From an uncultured Candidatus Poseidoniales archaeon (GTDB taxonomy: Archaea; Thermoplasmatota; Poseidoniia; Poseidoniales; Poseidoniaceae), in the NCBI GenBank assembly GCA_964015875.1, contig CAXHEV010000003.1, forward strand, positions 22,947 to 86,946: a stretch of DNA of 64,000 bases, read 5' to 3'. A program made the translations under genes and the position numbers. Positions 18,104 through 29,104 of this stretch are shown here, piece by piece (the stretch's first letter is position 1; every line of letters starts with the position of its first letter). Below the pieces are notes generated by a model that did no database searches, had not been told where the DNA came from, and saw only the letters and a list, made by a program, of their open reading frames with translations.

Positions 18104-19345
18104 ATGACCGAGAGAGTGACAGCCACGACAACGCCGTACACCATCGGCCGTCCACCCTTTCGGCCCGGTGATAAGGCTGACTTTGGTGGTAAATTCAAGG
18201 AACAACCCGGTGATTTGAACCGCCCAGACCCTCTCTCGTGCTCCGCACAAGATACCGTTGACCATGCTGTTGGCTTGGTACGTGTCCTCAATGACGATGG
18301 ACAAGCCAAGGGCGAATGGGATCCAAAGTTGGATGCTGAGACAATGATTCAGGGCCTTGAATACATGATGCGATTACGTATTTTTGATGATCGAATGATC
18401 AAAATGCAGCGCACTGGAAAACTTTCATTCTACATGCGATCTTTTGGAGAAGAAGCCATCGCTATTGCCCAAACAATGGCCCTTGAAACTCAGGATTGGA
18501 TTTTTCCATCCTACCGACAACCCGGTGCACAATTCGTGCGTGGACGGGACATGGTCAGCATGATTTGCCACTGCATCGGTAATACTGAAGACAACGTCAA
18601 GGGACGTCAGATGCCAGTTCACTACACTTGGAAAGAAGGGCGGTTTATCTCCATATCCTCACCTGTTGGCACCCAATTCTCCCAAGCTGTTGGTGTGGCC
18701 ATGGCAAGCGCCTACAAAGGTGATGACGAAGTGTGTATTTCGTGGCTTGGCGACGGTACTTCCGCTCAGGGCGACTATCACTATGCTCTCAATTTCGCCT
18801 CCACCTTCAAGCCTCCAGTCATCCTCAATGTCGTCAACAACCAGTGGGCTATTTCCACTCACGCTAACCTAGCAACTGGCGGACGAACCTTCGCTGAACG
18901 CGGGCTGGCTTACGACATTCCTTCAATTCGAGTGGATGGCAACGATTTCCTCGCACTTTACAGTGTAACAAAGTGGGCTCGAGACCGCGGCGCTGCTGGA
19001 TTAGGTGCCACTCACATCGAGGTCTACACGTACCGTGCAGGTGCCCACTCTTCTTCTGATGACCCATCGGCCTACCGGCCAAATGATGAATTTGAATGCT
19101 GGCCGGGTGGCGACCCGATTGAACGTCTCAAGGATTATTTGATCAAGAACGATATGTGGGATGAAGAACGCAACGCAGCACTCGCTCAGAAAATCGATGA
19201 CGAGGTGATGACATCCTACAAGGCTGCATGCGAATTTGGTGATTTAGCAAGTGGTCCCTATCCGCCCGCATCGACTATTTTCACTGAAGTGTACGAAACT
19301 GTACCATGGCATGTTCAAGAACAACGAGAGGAACTTGGTAAGTGA
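18104..19345 (+). CDS. 2-oxoacid dehydrogenase E1 component alpha subunit (TPP-dependent; pyruvate/branched-chain type)
   Basis: TPP-binding E1-alpha fold motifs (GDGTSAQGDYHYALNFAS, YRAGAHSSSDDPSAYR). Followed directly by the E1-beta, E2 and E3 genes. Confidence 0.9.
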   Translation: MTERVTATTTPYTIGRPPFRPGDKADFGGKFKEQPGDLNRPDPLSCSAQDTVDHAVGLVRVLNDDGQAKGEWDPKLDAETMIQGLEYMMRLRIFDDRMIKMQRTGKLSFYMRSFGEEAIAIAQTMALETQDWIFPSYRQPGAQFVRGRDMVSMICHCIGNTEDNVKGRQMPVHYTWKEGRFISISSPVGTQFSQAVGVAMASAYKGDDEVCISWLGDGTSAQGDYHYALNFASTFKPPVILNVVNNQWAISTHANLATGGRTFAERGLAYDIPSIRVDGNDFLALYSVTKWARDRGAAGLGATHIEVYTYRAGAHSSSDDPSAYRPNDEFECWPGGDPIERLKDYLIKNDMWDEERNAALAQKIDDEVMTSYKAACEFGDLASGPYPPASTIFTEVYETVPWHVQEQREELGK

Positions 19346-19353
19346 GGTGGCGA

Positions 19354-20366
19354 TGATGGCAGACATGAACATGATCAAAGCACTGAACTCCGCCCTTGAA
19401 GTTCAACTAGAGAAGGACCCAAACATCGTCATTTTTGGTGAAGACGTCGGTTTCTTTGGTGGTGTTTTCCGCGTCACTGATGGATTACAGAAAAAATTCG
19501 GTGAACACCGTGTGTTTGACTCCCCTCTTGCCGAAGGTGGCATTGCTGCAATCGCCATGGGTATGGGTTTGAACGGACTTCGTCCTGTTGCAGAAATTCA
19601 ATTTGCCGACTACATCTTCCCGGCGTATGACCAAATTGTCAATGAAATTGCCAAAGTTCGTCACCGCTCTGGTGGCGAATTTACGGCCCCACTCACCTTC
19701 CGCACCCCGGCTGGTGGAGGCATCAAGGGCGGTCATCATCACTCGCAATCACCTGAAGCACAATTCACTCACACACCTGGTTTGAAAGTCGTCTATTGTT
19801 CAAACCCCTACAACGCGAAGGGCTTGTTGACTGCGGCGATTGAATGCAATGACCCAGTCATCTTCTTTGAACCAAAGCGATGCTACCGCGGCCCATTTTA
19901 CGGCGACCCACACAACGTACCAACATGGTCCGGACACCCAGATGCTGAAGTGCCAGAAGGTCACTTCATCGTCCCACTTGAAGAGGCTCGTGTTGTTCGA
20001 GAAGGTGAAGCTTGCACGGTGATTGCTTGGGGTACAATGGTCCACGTCTGCGAGCAAGCGATCAAGGATTCTGGTGTTGACTGTGAACTGATTGACTTGC
20101 AAACGCTGGTTCCTTGGGACCGTGATACTGTGGTCAACTCCATCAAGAAGACCGGACGATGTGTTATTGTCCATGAAGCTCCAAAGACAAGTGGGTTTGG
20201 CGCCGAGATGAGCGCTTCGATTCAAGAGCGCTGCTTCTACCATCTTGAAGCACCAATCACTCGCGTGACAGGTTGGGACACACCCTTCCCTCACACAACG
20301 GAATGGGATTATCTTCCTAGTCCAGAACGAATTGCAGAAGCAATAAAGAAAACACAGGAGGAATGA
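19354..20366 (+). CDS. 2-oxoacid dehydrogenase E1 component beta subunit
   Basis: Transketolase-like beta subunit (MNMIKALNSALE..., VFRVTDGLQKKFGEHRVFDSPLAEGGI). Track ORF 19251..20366 overlaps E1-alpha; the ATG at 19354, just after the E1-alpha stop, is the likely start. Confidence 0.9.
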
Positions 20367-21655
20367 ATATGGGAACATTTGCATTTAAAATGCCAGATAT
20401 CGGAGAAGGCGTCGTCGAAGGCGAAGTTGTAGAATGGATGGTCGCCGTTGGAGACACCGTCAAAGAAGATGATCCAATTCTCTCAGTGATGACCGACAAA
20501 GCAACCGTAGAAATCCCATCACCAGTTGATGGTACTGTCACCAAAGTTGTCGGTGAAGCCGGTGATATCCTCCCTGTTGGTGTCGTGTGCATTGAATTCG
20601 AGGTCGATGGTGCTGGAAACGCATCCGCTTCTGAAGAAGCACCTGCGAAGAAAGCCGCTCCAGAACCAAAGGAAGAACCAACACCTGCTCCAGCAGAACC
20701 CGCACCTGCACCTGCCCCAGCACCTGCTCCAGCCGAGGCACCTGCTGCTGCCCCAGTGGCCCGTGCACCTGGGACTAAGGCGCTTGCCAGCCCTGCAGTA
20801 CGACAGCGAGCGCGAGAAGCAAACATCAGCCTCGACCATGTTGCCGGATCCGGTCCTGGCGGTCGAATCAGTCATGCTGATTTAGACGCCCACATCGCTG
20901 GAGGTGCCTCTGGAGCAAGTCGAGCACGTCCGATGGGTGGTCGTGCACGAACTGAACTCAATGGGACCGAGACCATGAAGGTCATTGGACTGCGCCGCAA
21001 GATTGCAGATTCTATGATTGCATCCTACTCAACCATACCTCACTTCTCGTACTTCGAGGAAGTGGATGTGACTGCACTTGAAGAACTCCGCCAACACCTC
21101 AACGCAACTCGACCGGAAGGTGCTCCAAAACTTACCTACTTGCCTTTCATTATGCAAGCGCTTGTCAAGGCACTTGCTGAGCGCCCAGAGTGCAACGCAC
21201 TCTACGATGACGAAGCAAATGTGGTTACTCGACACGAAGCGATTAACCTCGGCATCGCTACGCAAACTGACCGTGGATTGTTCGTCCCAGTTGTCAAGCA
21301 CGTTGAAGCGATGGACATCTGGCAATCTGCCACAGAAATGGTTCGCGTCACTGGCGCAACCCGTGAAGGCAAGGCCGGAGTGGAAGACCTCAGTGGTTCC
21401 ACCTTCACAATCACCAGCCTTGGACGACTCGGGGGACTTGGTGCGACACCAATAATCAACAAGCCTGAAGTTGGCATCCTTGGAGTCCACAACGCCACGG
21501 ATCGAGCTGTGGTTCGAAACGGCTCAGTCGTCATTCGCCGAATGATGAACCTCTCATCCTCATGGGACCATCGCGTTGTCGACGGTCACGACGGAGCAAG
21601 CTTGGTTCAATTGGTCAAAACATACCTAGAGAATCCAGCTACAATTTTCATGTGA
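20363..21655 (+). CDS. Dihydrolipoamide acyltransferase (E2) of the 2-oxoacid dehydrogenase complex
   Basis: N-terminal lipoyl domain (lipoyl-Lys context SVMTDKATVEIPSP). Pro/Ala-rich flexible linker. Peripheral subunit-binding domain (LASPAVRQRAREANISL). C-terminal catalytic domain with DHRVVDG. 4-nt overlap with E1-beta (ATGA). Confidence 0.9.
   Translation: MNMGTFAFKMPDIGEGVVEGEVVEWMVAVGDTVKEDDPILSVMTDKATVEIPSPVDGTVTKVVGEAGDILPVGVVCIEFEVDGAGNASASEEAPAKKAAPEPKEEPTPAPAEPAPAPAPAPAPAEAPAAAPVARAPGTKALASPAVRQRAREANISLDHVAGSGPGGRISHADLDAHIAGGASGASRARPMGGRARTELNGTETMKVIGLRRKIADSMIASYSTIPHFSYFEEVDVTALEELRQHLNATRPEGAPKLTYLPFIMQALVKALAERPECNALYDDEANVVTRHEAINLGIATQTDRGLFVPVVKHVEAMDIWQSATEMVRVTGATREGKAGVEDLSGSTFTITSLGRLGGLGATPIINKPEVGILGVHNATDRAVVRNGSVVIRRMMNLSSSWDHRVVDGHDGASLVQLVKTYLENPATIFM
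20690..20760 (+). repeat. Tandem low-complexity repeat encoding the (PA)n/(APA)n interdomain linker of E2
   Basis: The stretch gcacctgcacctgccccagcacctgctccagcc gives EPAPAPAPAPAPAEAPAAAP. It explains the spurious antisense and alternate-frame ORFs in the track at 20317..20885. Confidence 0.6.
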
Positions 21656-21667
21656 GGTTTGATTGAT

Positions 21668-23098
21668 ATGGAGACAAAAAAGTGTCAAGTTCTCGTCATC
21701 GGCGCCGGCCCTGGCGGCTACGTGGCCGCTATTCGTGCAGGTCAACTCGGCCTCAAAACCATCATTGTTGAAGGGGAAAAAGCAGGAGGTACGTGCCTCA
21801 TTCGTGGATGCATTCCATCAAAAGCCCTCATCCATGCAGCCCACAAGTTCCATGATTTGGCAAAGCATGCTGCAAAGGATGGTCACATGGGCATCTCGAT
21901 ACCAGGTCCTGCAGAACTCAACATGGCAGACCTCATTGGATGGAAAGAAAACATCGTTAATCGCCTTAACAAAGGAGTCGAACATCTTCTCAAGAATGCA
22001 GGAGCGGAATTGATTACCGGATGGGCAGAATTTCAGGACGCAAAAACTGTCAAAATTGGTGAAGGAAAAGATGCGATAATCGTCCAAGCCGATCATGTCA
22101 TCCTAGCGAATGGTTCAGTTCCAATTGAATTGCCATTCATGCCTTACGATGAGCATGTTATTTCCTCTCGAGAGGCACTTTCTCTCGAAAACCTACCCGA
22201 TCATGTAGCGATTGTTGGCGGCGGCTACATTGGGCTCGAACTTGGCATCACCTTCCGCATGCTCGGTTCAGAGGTCACTGTTGTTGAAGCAATGGACAGT
22301 GTCTTGCCAATCTTCGATAAGGAACTTCGTCGACCACTTGAAATCGCTATCAAGAAGCAGAAAATCAAGACCCACCTCGGCGTGTTTGCAAAGGGAACTG
22401 AAGCAACAAAGGACGGACGTGTTCAACTCAACTTCATCGATAAAAACGAAAAAGATGACAAAAAAATGCAACATGTCGTTGTCGACAAAGTGCTTGTGAC
22501 CGTCGGACGAAAACCAAACTCTGCGTCGCTTGCACCAACTGGCGTTGCGCTCGATGAACGAGGTTTCGTCAAGGTCAACGACCGTTGTGAAACCAACATG
22601 AAGGGTGTCTATGCCATTGGTGACGTGTGCAACTCTGGCGAAATGCTTGCCCACGTTGCATCCTTCCAAGGAGAGATGGTTGCTGAAATCATTGCAGGTA
22701 AGAAGCGCGCTTACGACCCTGTAGCCGTTCCAGCGATTGTCTTTACTGAACCCGAAATTGTCTCTGTAGGATTATCACCTGAAGAAGCAAAGGCTGCTGG
22801 CCATCCGGTCATCATCGGTAAGTTCCCTCTTGGTGCAAACGGTCGAGCTCTTACTCAAGAAGCTGAGAAATCTGCAGGATTCATTCGGGTCTGCGCTCGT
22901 GAGGACGATCATCGAATCTTAGGCATTCAAGGCGTTGGAACTCATATCAGTGAGTTGGTAGGCGAATGGACACTCGCCCTCGAAATGGGTGCGTTGCTCG
23001 AAGATATCGCAGGCACCATCCACGCCCACCCCACCATGACTGAAATGACCCACGAAGCCGTCTTGGCGACCTTGGGTCATGCTATCCACTCAGCATGA
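21668..23098 (+). CDS. lpdA: Dihydrolipoamide dehydrogenase (E3)
   Basis: FAD-binding GAGPGG. Redox-active disulfide GGTCLIRGCIPSK. NAD-binding GGGYIGLE. C-terminal HAHPTMTE dimerisation/His-Pro motif. Track start 21659 is a TTG; the ATG at 21668 follows GAGGT. Confidence 0.9.
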   Translation: METKKCQVLVIGAGPGGYVAAIRAGQLGLKTIIVEGEKAGGTCLIRGCIPSKALIHAAHKFHDLAKHAAKDGHMGISIPGPAELNMADLIGWKENIVNRLNKGVEHLLKNAGAELITGWAEFQDAKTVKIGEGKDAIIVQADHVILANGSVPIELPFMPYDEHVISSREALSLENLPDHVAIVGGGYIGLELGITFRMLGSEVTVVEAMDSVLPIFDKELRRPLEIAIKKQKIKTHLGVFAKGTEATKDGRVQLNFIDKNEKDDKKMQHVVVDKVLVTVGRKPNSASLAPTGVALDERGFVKVNDRCETNMKGVYAIGDVCNSGEMLAHVASFQGEMVAEIIAGKKRAYDPVAVPAIVFTEPEIVSVGLSPEEAKAAGHPVIIGKFPLGANGRALTQEAEKSAGFIRVCAREDDHRILGIQGVGTHISELVGEWTLALEMGALLEDIAGTIHAHPTMTEMTHEAVLATLGHAIHSA

Positions 23099-23194
23099 TA
23101 CTCTGATACAGGGCAAAGAAGTCGAAGGGCTGATCTTTGTCACTGCTGAAGCTGTCAGCACATGGTATGGTAGCCTACCTGTTCGTTGGAAGGC

Positions 23195-25588
23195 TCACGA
23201 ACCGCAACTCAAGCAGTCATCAGGTGAGTCAAGTGAGCATGCAATCGCTTCAAGGCTGGAGATTTCTTCAGCCCTGTCAGCCAAACCACCAACGGTTTGA
23301 TCCTGACCTTTCTTGGCTTCCACTGTGAATTGAATCGCATCTGCGGCTGCCTTGGTTCGCAAGTAGTACATGCCGGTCTTGAGACCCTGCTTCCATCCGT
23401 AAAAGTGCATCGAAGTGACCTTTGCCGGGTTTGCGTCCACCATGTGGATATTCATCGATTGGCTTTGATCGACGTAGGCGCCACGGTCTGCAGCCATATC
23501 GAGAACGTGGCGTTGCTTGATTTCCCATGTGGTCTTGTAGAGTGCCTTGATGTGGTCAGGGATTCCTTCAATGGCCTGAATGGAACCCTTGTGTCGAAGG
23601 ATTTCGTCCTTGATGCCAATGCTCCAGAGATCAAGCGCAATCAAATCTCGGACAAGGTGCTTGTTGAGGACAATGAATTCACCTGAAAGGGTTCGTCGAA
23701 CATAGAGGTTGGAAGTGAAGGCTTCGAAGCATTCGTTATTTCCGAGAATTTGCGACGTTGAAGCAGTCGGCATTGGTGCCAAGAGCAATGAGTTTCGCAT
23801 ACCGTGTTCGATAATTTCGCCCTTGAGCGTATCCCAATCCCAGCGGCCGCTGTGATCATTCATACCCCAAAGGTCGAACTGGAGTTCACCTCTACTTGCA
23901 GGCGAGCCTTTGAACGTCGAATATGCACCTTCTGCAATGGCTGCGTCCTTCGAGGCTGTGCAGGCTGCGAAGTAAATCGTCTCGAAAATTTCCTTGTTCA
24001 ACTTTCGTGCTTCTGGGCTTTCGAATGGAAGCTGTAGCAGAGCAAAGGTGTCAGCCAATCCTTGAACTCCAAGCCCAATCGGGCGGTGACGCATGTTCGA
24101 ATTCCGCGCTTCTTCAACAGGGTAGAAATTGACATCAATGACTCGGTTGAGGTTGCCTGTGGCATGATAAGTCACATCATAGAGCAACTCGTGATTGAAC
24201 GTCTTGCTCTCTGAATCAACATACTTGTTGAGTGCAATTGAGGCGAGGTTGCAGACTGCGACTTCGTCTTTTGCAGTATACTCCATGATCTCGGTACAAA
24301 GGTTCGATGAACGGATGGTTCCGAGGTTCTTTTGATTCGACTTTTCGTTCGCTGCGTCCTTGTAGAGCATGTATGGGGTGCCGGTTTCAATTTGAGATTC
24401 GACAACCTTGTCCCACACGGTTCGAGCAGGCAGTGTTTCGCGAGCAAGGCCAGCCGCCTCGTACTTCTCAAAGAGGGCTTTGAATTCTGCACCATAGGCA
24501 TCTTGAAGCCCAGGGCATTCGTTTGGACAGAAGAACGACCAATCGGCGTTCTGTTCGACACGCTCCATGAACAAGTCAGGTGTCCAGAGTGCGTAGAACA
24601 GATCACGAGCTCGAAGTTCTTCCTTACCGTGATTCTTCTTGAGATCGAGGAAGGCGAGGATATCTGGGTGCCATGGTTCGAGGTAAATGGCGATTGAACC
24701 CTTTCGCTTGCCGCCACCTTGGTCAACGTACCGTGCCGTGTCATTAAACACTCGAAGCATTGGGACAATTCCGTTGCTTTCCCCGTTGGTACCCTTGATG
24801 TAAGAGCCCTTCGAACGAATGTGGTGGATCGACAAACCAATGCCACCGGCGGACTTGGAAATCAAGGCACATTGTTTGAGTGTATCATAAATGCCGTCAA
24901 GCGAATCGTCTTGCATGGTCAAGAGGAAACATGAGGACATCTGTGGGGTCGGTGTACCCGAGTTGAACAGTGTTGGCGTAGCGTGTGTGAAGTATCCCTG
25001 GCTCATTAAATCATAAGTTTCGAGAGCCTTCGTGATGTTTCCATGGTGGATACCAACAGAAACGCGGAGCAACATGTGTTGTGGGCGTTCTGCAATTTCT
25101 CCATTCAAGCGGAGCAAATAAGAGCGCTCTAGCGTCTTGAAGCCGAAGTAGTCGTAGTTGTGATCTCGGCTGTAATCGATGTGGTTGTTGAGTACTTCTG
25201 CATTAGCCATGATGATGTCATAGACTTCTTCTGAAATGAGAGGTGCGTGCTTATTTGACTCAGGGTCGATGTATTCTCGAAGGTCAGTGATGACATCGGT
25301 GAACGTGTCTTTTGTCGAGCGGTGAAGATCATCAACGCAAATACGTGCTGCCAATCGACTGTAATCAGGGTGTTGGGATGCGAGTGAGGCTGCGGTCTCT
25401 GCTGCAAGTTGGTCGAGTTCCCGAGTGGTCACGCCATCGTACAATCCTTCGATCGTCAACTTTGTGACATGACCTGGGTCGACCCATACAGGATCGAGCC
25501 CGTGGGAAAGAGAACGCAACTTTTCATGAATCGCATCAAACCGAACATCTTCTCGTTCTCCTTTCCTGTTTACTACTTGCATTGTCAT
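23195..25588 (-). CDS. nrdA: Ribonucleoside-diphosphate reductase large (alpha) subunit, class Ia, with N-terminal ATP-cone
   Basis: ATP-cone at the N-terminus ([20 protein letters not shown]). Conserved RNR catalytic core ([16 protein letters not shown]). C-terminal Cys pair (DCLSCGS) typical of class I alpha. Immediately downstream of a class I beta subunit gene. Confidence 0.85.
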   Translation of the reverse strand: MTMQVVNRKGEREDVRFDAIHEKLRSLSHGLDPVWVDPGHVTKLTIEGLYDGVTTRELDQLAAETAASLASQHPDYSRLAARICVDDLHRSTKDTFTDVITDLREYIDPESNKHAPLISEEVYDIIMANAEVLNNHIDYSRDHNYDYFGFKTLERSYLLRLNGEIAERPQHMLLRVSVGIHHGNITKALETYDLMSQGYFTHATPTLFNSGTPTPQMSSCFLLTMQDDSLDGIYDTLKQCALISKSAGGIGLSIHHIRSKGSYIKGTNGESNGIVPMLRVFNDTARYVDQGGGKRKGSIAIYLEPWHPDILAFLDLKKNHGKEELRARDLFYALWTPDLFMERVEQNADWSFFCPNECPGLQDAYGAEFKALFEKYEAAGLARETLPARTVWDKVVESQIETGTPYMLYKDAANEKSNQKNLGTIRSSNLCTEIMEYTAKDEVAVCNLASIALNKYVDSESKTFNHELLYDVTYHATGNLNRVIDVNFYPVEEARNSNMRHRPIGLGVQGLADTFALLQLPFESPEARKLNKEIFETIYFAACTASKDAAIAEGAYSTFKGSPASRGELQFDLWGMNDHSGRWDWDTLKGEIIEHGMRNSLLLAPMPTASTSQILGNNECFEAFTSNLYVRRTLSGEFIVLNKHLVRDLIALDLWSIGIKDEILRHKGSIQAIEGIPDHIKALYKTTWEIKQRHVLDMAADRGAYVDQSQSMNIHMVDANPAKVTSMHFYGWKQGLKTGMYYLRTKAAADAIQFTVEAKKGQDQTVGGLADRAEEISSLEAIACSLDSPDDCLSCGS

Positions 25589-25652
25589 GTGTTTTCCTCC
25601 AGTTCATCCATTGAGTGTGATTGCGCAGTATCTTTCTATGTTCGCGTACGGT

Positions 25653-26699
25653 TCAAAAGTCTTCGTCCACTGAGAAGCGTTGTTGGACGCTTCCGAGGGA
25701 TGAATTGTCCATAACACCAGCCTTTTGGTATTCCGCCACCCGCTTCTCGAAGAAGTTGGTTTTGCCTTGCATGGAAATCATTTCCATCCATGGGAATGGA
25801 TTGACTACGTTGTAGAGCTTGCTTGCCCCAAGCGCAACTAAGAGGCGATCTGCAACGAATTGGATGTACTGTTCCATCAAGATGGAGTTCATACCAATCA
25901 AGGACACAGGAAGTGCGCTTGTGACAAACTCGATTTCGATTTCAACAGCTTCTGCGATGATTCGAGTGATCTTTGCAGCACCCGCACCACGAAGCAGCTT
26001 GTTGTGGAGGAGACAAGCGAAGTCACAGTGAAGGCCCTCGTCTCGTGAAATCAATTCATTCGAGAACGTGAGTCCTGGCATCAATCCTCGCTTCTTGAGC
26101 CAGAAGATGGCACAGAAGGAACCTGAGAAGAAAATACCTTCAACGGCTGCGAATGCAACCAGTCGCTCGGCGAATGAGCCCTTCTTACGAGAGAGCCAAC
26201 GCATGGCCCAGTCACCCTTACGCTTGACCGATGGTACGGTTTCAAGGGCCTTGAACAGGTGATCTTTTTCCTTTTCATCCTTGATGTACGTGTCAATGAG
26301 AAGAGAGTATGTCTCTGCGTGAATGTTTTCCATCATAATTTGGAAACCATAGAAGCATCGTGCCTCTGGCCAACATACTTCGTTGGAGAAGTTTACACCC
26401 AGGTTCTCGTTAACGATACCATCGCTTGCCGCAAAGAAGGCAAGGATATGCTTGAGGAAATGTTGCTCGTCGTTGTTGAGCTCTTTCCAATCTTTGAGAT
26501 CCTCTGCAAGATCAATCTCTTCTGCAGTCCAGAAGCAAGCCATTTGCTGCTTGTACATTTCCCAGATATCAGAGTGTTGAATCGGGAAGAGAACAAACCG
26601 ATCGAGATTCTCTTGGAGCATAGGTTCAAGATGTTCTTGACTCAAATCAACTTCGAATCCATCTGCAGGCGCGTTTGTATTACTATGTTCGATGACCAT
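25653..26699 (-). CDS. nrdB: Ribonucleoside-diphosphate reductase small (beta) subunit, class Ia (diiron-tyrosyl radical)
   Basis: Ferritin-like diiron motifs ([15 protein letters not shown] ... [12 protein letters not shown]). ~348 aa. Upstream of and co-directional with nrdA. Confidence 0.9.
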   Translation of the reverse strand: MVIEHSNTNAPADGFEVDLSQEHLEPMLQENLDRFVLFPIQHSDIWEMYKQQMACFWTAEEIDLAEDLKDWKELNNDEQHFLKHILAFFAASDGIVNENLGVNFSNEVCWPEARCFYGFQIMMENIHAETYSLLIDTYIKDEKEKDHLFKALETVPSVKRKGDWAMRWLSRKKGSFAERLVAFAAVEGIFFSGSFCAIFWLKKRGLMPGLTFSNELISRDEGLHCDFACLLHNKLLRGAGAAKITRIIAEAVEIEIEFVTSALPVSLIGMNSILMEQYIQFVADRLLVALGASKLYNVVNPFPWMEMISMQGKTNFFEKRVAEYQKAGVMDNSSLGSVQQRFSVDEDF

Positions 26700-26932
26700 T
26701 TTTGTATCCCCCTCGTTTCTTTCACGCGCTGGATTTTATTGGCCTTCCGATAGAGTGTATAATATATCCCCTTGTCGAGCATTGGAAATGGTCAATTCCA
26801 GCAGTTATTTTCCGTGTCAGATAAGTGGCGCAGTGTCCCATTGCGTTTCGTTTTCCGCCGGATACTATAAAGGCCGGTTTTTGAATGTAAATTCCACACT
26901 TGAGCAGGGTCCGTTTCCACTCGAATGTTACT

Positions 26933-27292
26933 CTAATTTTTCGATGGTTGATCGGAAACGGAGACAAAACTGCCAACCCATTCATAATAGGGAGGTTGTG
27001 AATCGGCAGCCCAGTGTAAAATTTGAGGAACTTCGTAAGGATGATTCGCGCTTAATTGATCTAAAACTGATGCGAGCGCATCAGCACCCACGGTAAACTG
27101 AACTGACCATTCTTGGGAGGATTGAACCGCTCCTTCCCAACCATACATGGAAGTCACCCGTTGGTGTTCGGCACATGCGGCACCTGCGAGAAGCGCTTTA
27201 TGTTTGAACTCACCAACAAATGCTTCAATCCAATCGCCTGGTAATGTTGTCTTGACCAAGAACACCTGACCCATGCGCTGAGGAGGGAGCAT
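26933..27292 (-). CDS. cutA: CutA1 divalent-cation tolerance protein
   Basis: 119 aa. Conserved C-terminal HPYEVPQI ... YYEWV motif of the CutA family. Confidence 0.75.
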   Translation of the reverse strand: MLPPQRMGQVFLVKTTLPGDWIEAFVGEFKHKALLAGAACAEHQRVTSMYGWEGAVQSSQEWSVQFTVGADALASVLDQLSANHPYEVPQILHWAADSQPPYYEWVGSFVSVSDQPSKN

Positions 27293-27465
27293 TCAGCCTA
27301 AGAGTTGAGTGCTCCATCATAATTGAAAACGGAATTGATTAGATGATTCACGCCATGATAGACTACGTTCCTCAGACGCCTTTGCTTAAGACAATCAACC
27401 TTGATGGCAACCACGCCTCCCGAACGGCTAAGAAGGCCACTTCACAGCATCTCACGAGGGGAACT

Positions 27466-28236
27466 ATGAAACTCAGGTTACATCAATTTCTTTCAAAGAC
27501 GGGGGTCTTTTCCTCAAAGGCCGAAGTAAAACAAGCCATTTGGGACGGAGATATTTCTGTCAATGGTTCAGTGGTCAAGAACATGACCTTCCAGTTTAAT
27601 GTCAATACGAAGCTAGTAACATACAAGGGAAGGGTGCTTGAACTTCATGATGAAGAAGTCCATTTCCTCTTGCACAAACCCCTCGGATGCATTTGCTCGA
27701 GATTAAATTCACATGAACGCTCCCTTGGAAAAGAATCAGTGTATGAAGTGTTCAGAGATCATGTAGAACCCACAACCTTTGAGCGATTGGTTACTGTAGG
27801 GCGCCTTGATGAAAACACCACGGGTTTCTTACTTGTAACTACAGATGGAAAAATTGTTCATCGAATCACTTCACCAGAGCACACTGTGAAGAAAACGTAC
27901 GAGGTTCACACAACACATGACATCAACGATGATCATTTGGATGCGATTCGAAATGGAGTGCGTATTGTTGTTGATGACGGCGAGGCAAGCGCAGCGTATT
28001 GGACAAAGCCTGGAGAGGTTGAACGAACAAGCAAGCGCAGTGTTCTTCTCACCATAGGCGAGGGTAAAAAAAGGCAAATCCGAAGGATGTTCGTTGCTTT
28101 AAACAACCCAGTCACAACCTTGCATCGCCATTCAACCGAATCGATGAATCTTGAAGACTACAATCTACGACCGGGAGAATTCATCGGTATTTCGCGCCGA
28201 GAAATTGTAGATTTGATTTTGAACCCGAGCGTCTAG
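27466..28236 (+). CDS. RsuA/RluB-family pseudouridine synthase with N-terminal S4 domain
   Basis: S4-like N-terminus (MKLRLHQFLSKTGVFSSKAEVKQAIWDGDISVNG). Catalytic motif GRLDENTTGFLLVTTDG with the catalytic Asp. ATG at 27466 preceded by gagggga. The track's longer 27343 start would add 41 unconserved residues. Confidence 0.7.
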   Translation: MKLRLHQFLSKTGVFSSKAEVKQAIWDGDISVNGSVVKNMTFQFNVNTKLVTYKGRVLELHDEEVHFLLHKPLGCICSRLNSHERSLGKESVYEVFRDHVEPTTFERLVTVGRLDENTTGFLLVTTDGKIVHRITSPEHTVKKTYEVHTTHDINDDHLDAIRNGVRIVVDDGEASAAYWTKPGEVERTSKRSVLLTIGEGKKRQIRRMFVALNNPVTTLHRHSTESMNLEDYNLRPGEFIGISRREIVDLILNPSV

Positions 28237-28493
28237 TTCGAGGTTGTTGATGAATCTGAACCAAGTCGCTTGAGTCCACGGAACAACAGGCGTGAGAACA
28301 CCATGGATCCGAGTAAAAACAACACAGAAACCCATATTGGAGCTTCTGTTTCACTTGCAAGAAACCAGGTTACGACCAGAATGCCAGCGCCGTAGAAGGC
28401 ACGAAAAATAGCAAACAACATGAACGAGCGAAGAAGAGGATGCTGAAGCATGCGCTGGACAAAACCAGAATCTGTCAAATCCTCTTCTGCCAC
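28233..28493 (-). CDS. Small hydrophobic protein (86 aa), hypothetical
   Basis: Two predicted TM helices (ILVVTWFLASE, IWVSVLFLLGSMVF). Fills the gap between the RsuA-like gene and dut. No homology recognised. Confidence 0.3.
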   Translation of the reverse strand: MAEEDLTDSGFVQRMLQHPLLRSFMLFAIFRAFYGAGILVVTWFLASETEAPIWVSVLFLLGSMVFSRLLFRGLKRLGSDSSTTSN

Positions 28494-28590
28494 AGATGGT
28501 GCTCATGCTCAAGGTTGAAAATCATGACATACGAAATTCCTGCTCACAAGGACCCACAACGGTCAAGTGCTGTCCTCAAAAGGGACGTGC

Positions 28591-29043
28591 ATGAGTCGAA
28601 TTGAACTTTCCGTCGACTTCGCAAAATTGCATCCAGATGCTCGCCTGCCAACACAAGGCTCAGCAGATGCAGCTGGCTGGGACCTCTATGCATTGGAGGA
28701 AACAACCGTGGTAAGGCACAAAAGTTCGCTTATTCGCACCGGTCTTGCAACTGCGATTCCTTCGGGCTGGGAAGGCCAGATTCGCTGCCGTTCCTCATTG
28801 GGCAAAAAAGGTATGATTATGCCCAATGGCTTAGGAACAATCGATTCAGATTATCGAGGCGAACTGATGGTCTTGGCGACTTGGATTGGTGAAGGTGACG
28901 CCTTTGTTGTCGCCAAAGGCGAACGGGTTGCACAACTTCTCTTTGCACCAGTGCCAAAGGTAACCATTGTCGAAACAACGGTGGAATCCCTGGGCACAAC
29001 GACGAGGGGCCAGGGTGGCTTTGGTTCAACAGGCAAGTTCTAA
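28591..29043 (+). CDS. dut: dUTP diphosphatase (dUTPase / dCTP deaminase superfamily)
   Basis: ~150 aa. Motifs AAGWDLYA, RSSLGKKG and IDSDYRGEL (dUTPase motifs I-III). Confidence 0.8.
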   Translation: MSRIELSVDFAKLHPDARLPTQGSADAAGWDLYALEETTVVRHKSSLIRTGLATAIPSGWEGQIRCRSSLGKKGMIMPNGLGTIDSDYRGELMVLATWIGEGDAFVVAKGERVAQLLFAPVPKVTIVETTVESLGTTTRGQGGFGSTGKF

Positions 29044-29104
29044 TGAGTCCGACAAAGCAACTCAACAGTCTAATATACGAGCCAAAGGAAGGGCTAACAG
29101 GGGC

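Noticed and set aside
19800-20384. 194-aa antisense ORF
   Set aside because: It lies opposite the strongly conserved E1-beta coding frame.
20317-20885. ORFs 20317..20826(-), 20519..20875(-), 20526..20885(+), 20538..20768(-)
   Set aside because: They are generated by the GC-rich Pro/Ala linker repeat of the E2 gene. The real gene is the lipoyl-domain E2 in the +1 frame.
24172-24846. 224-aa ORF in an alternate frame on the minus strand
   Set aside because: It lies inside nrdA. The nrdA frame carries the conserved RNR motifs.
23195-25588. Class II (B12-dependent) RNR assignment for the 797-aa reductase
   Set aside because: The adjacent diiron NrdB-type beta subunit and the C-terminal Cys pair indicate class Ia.
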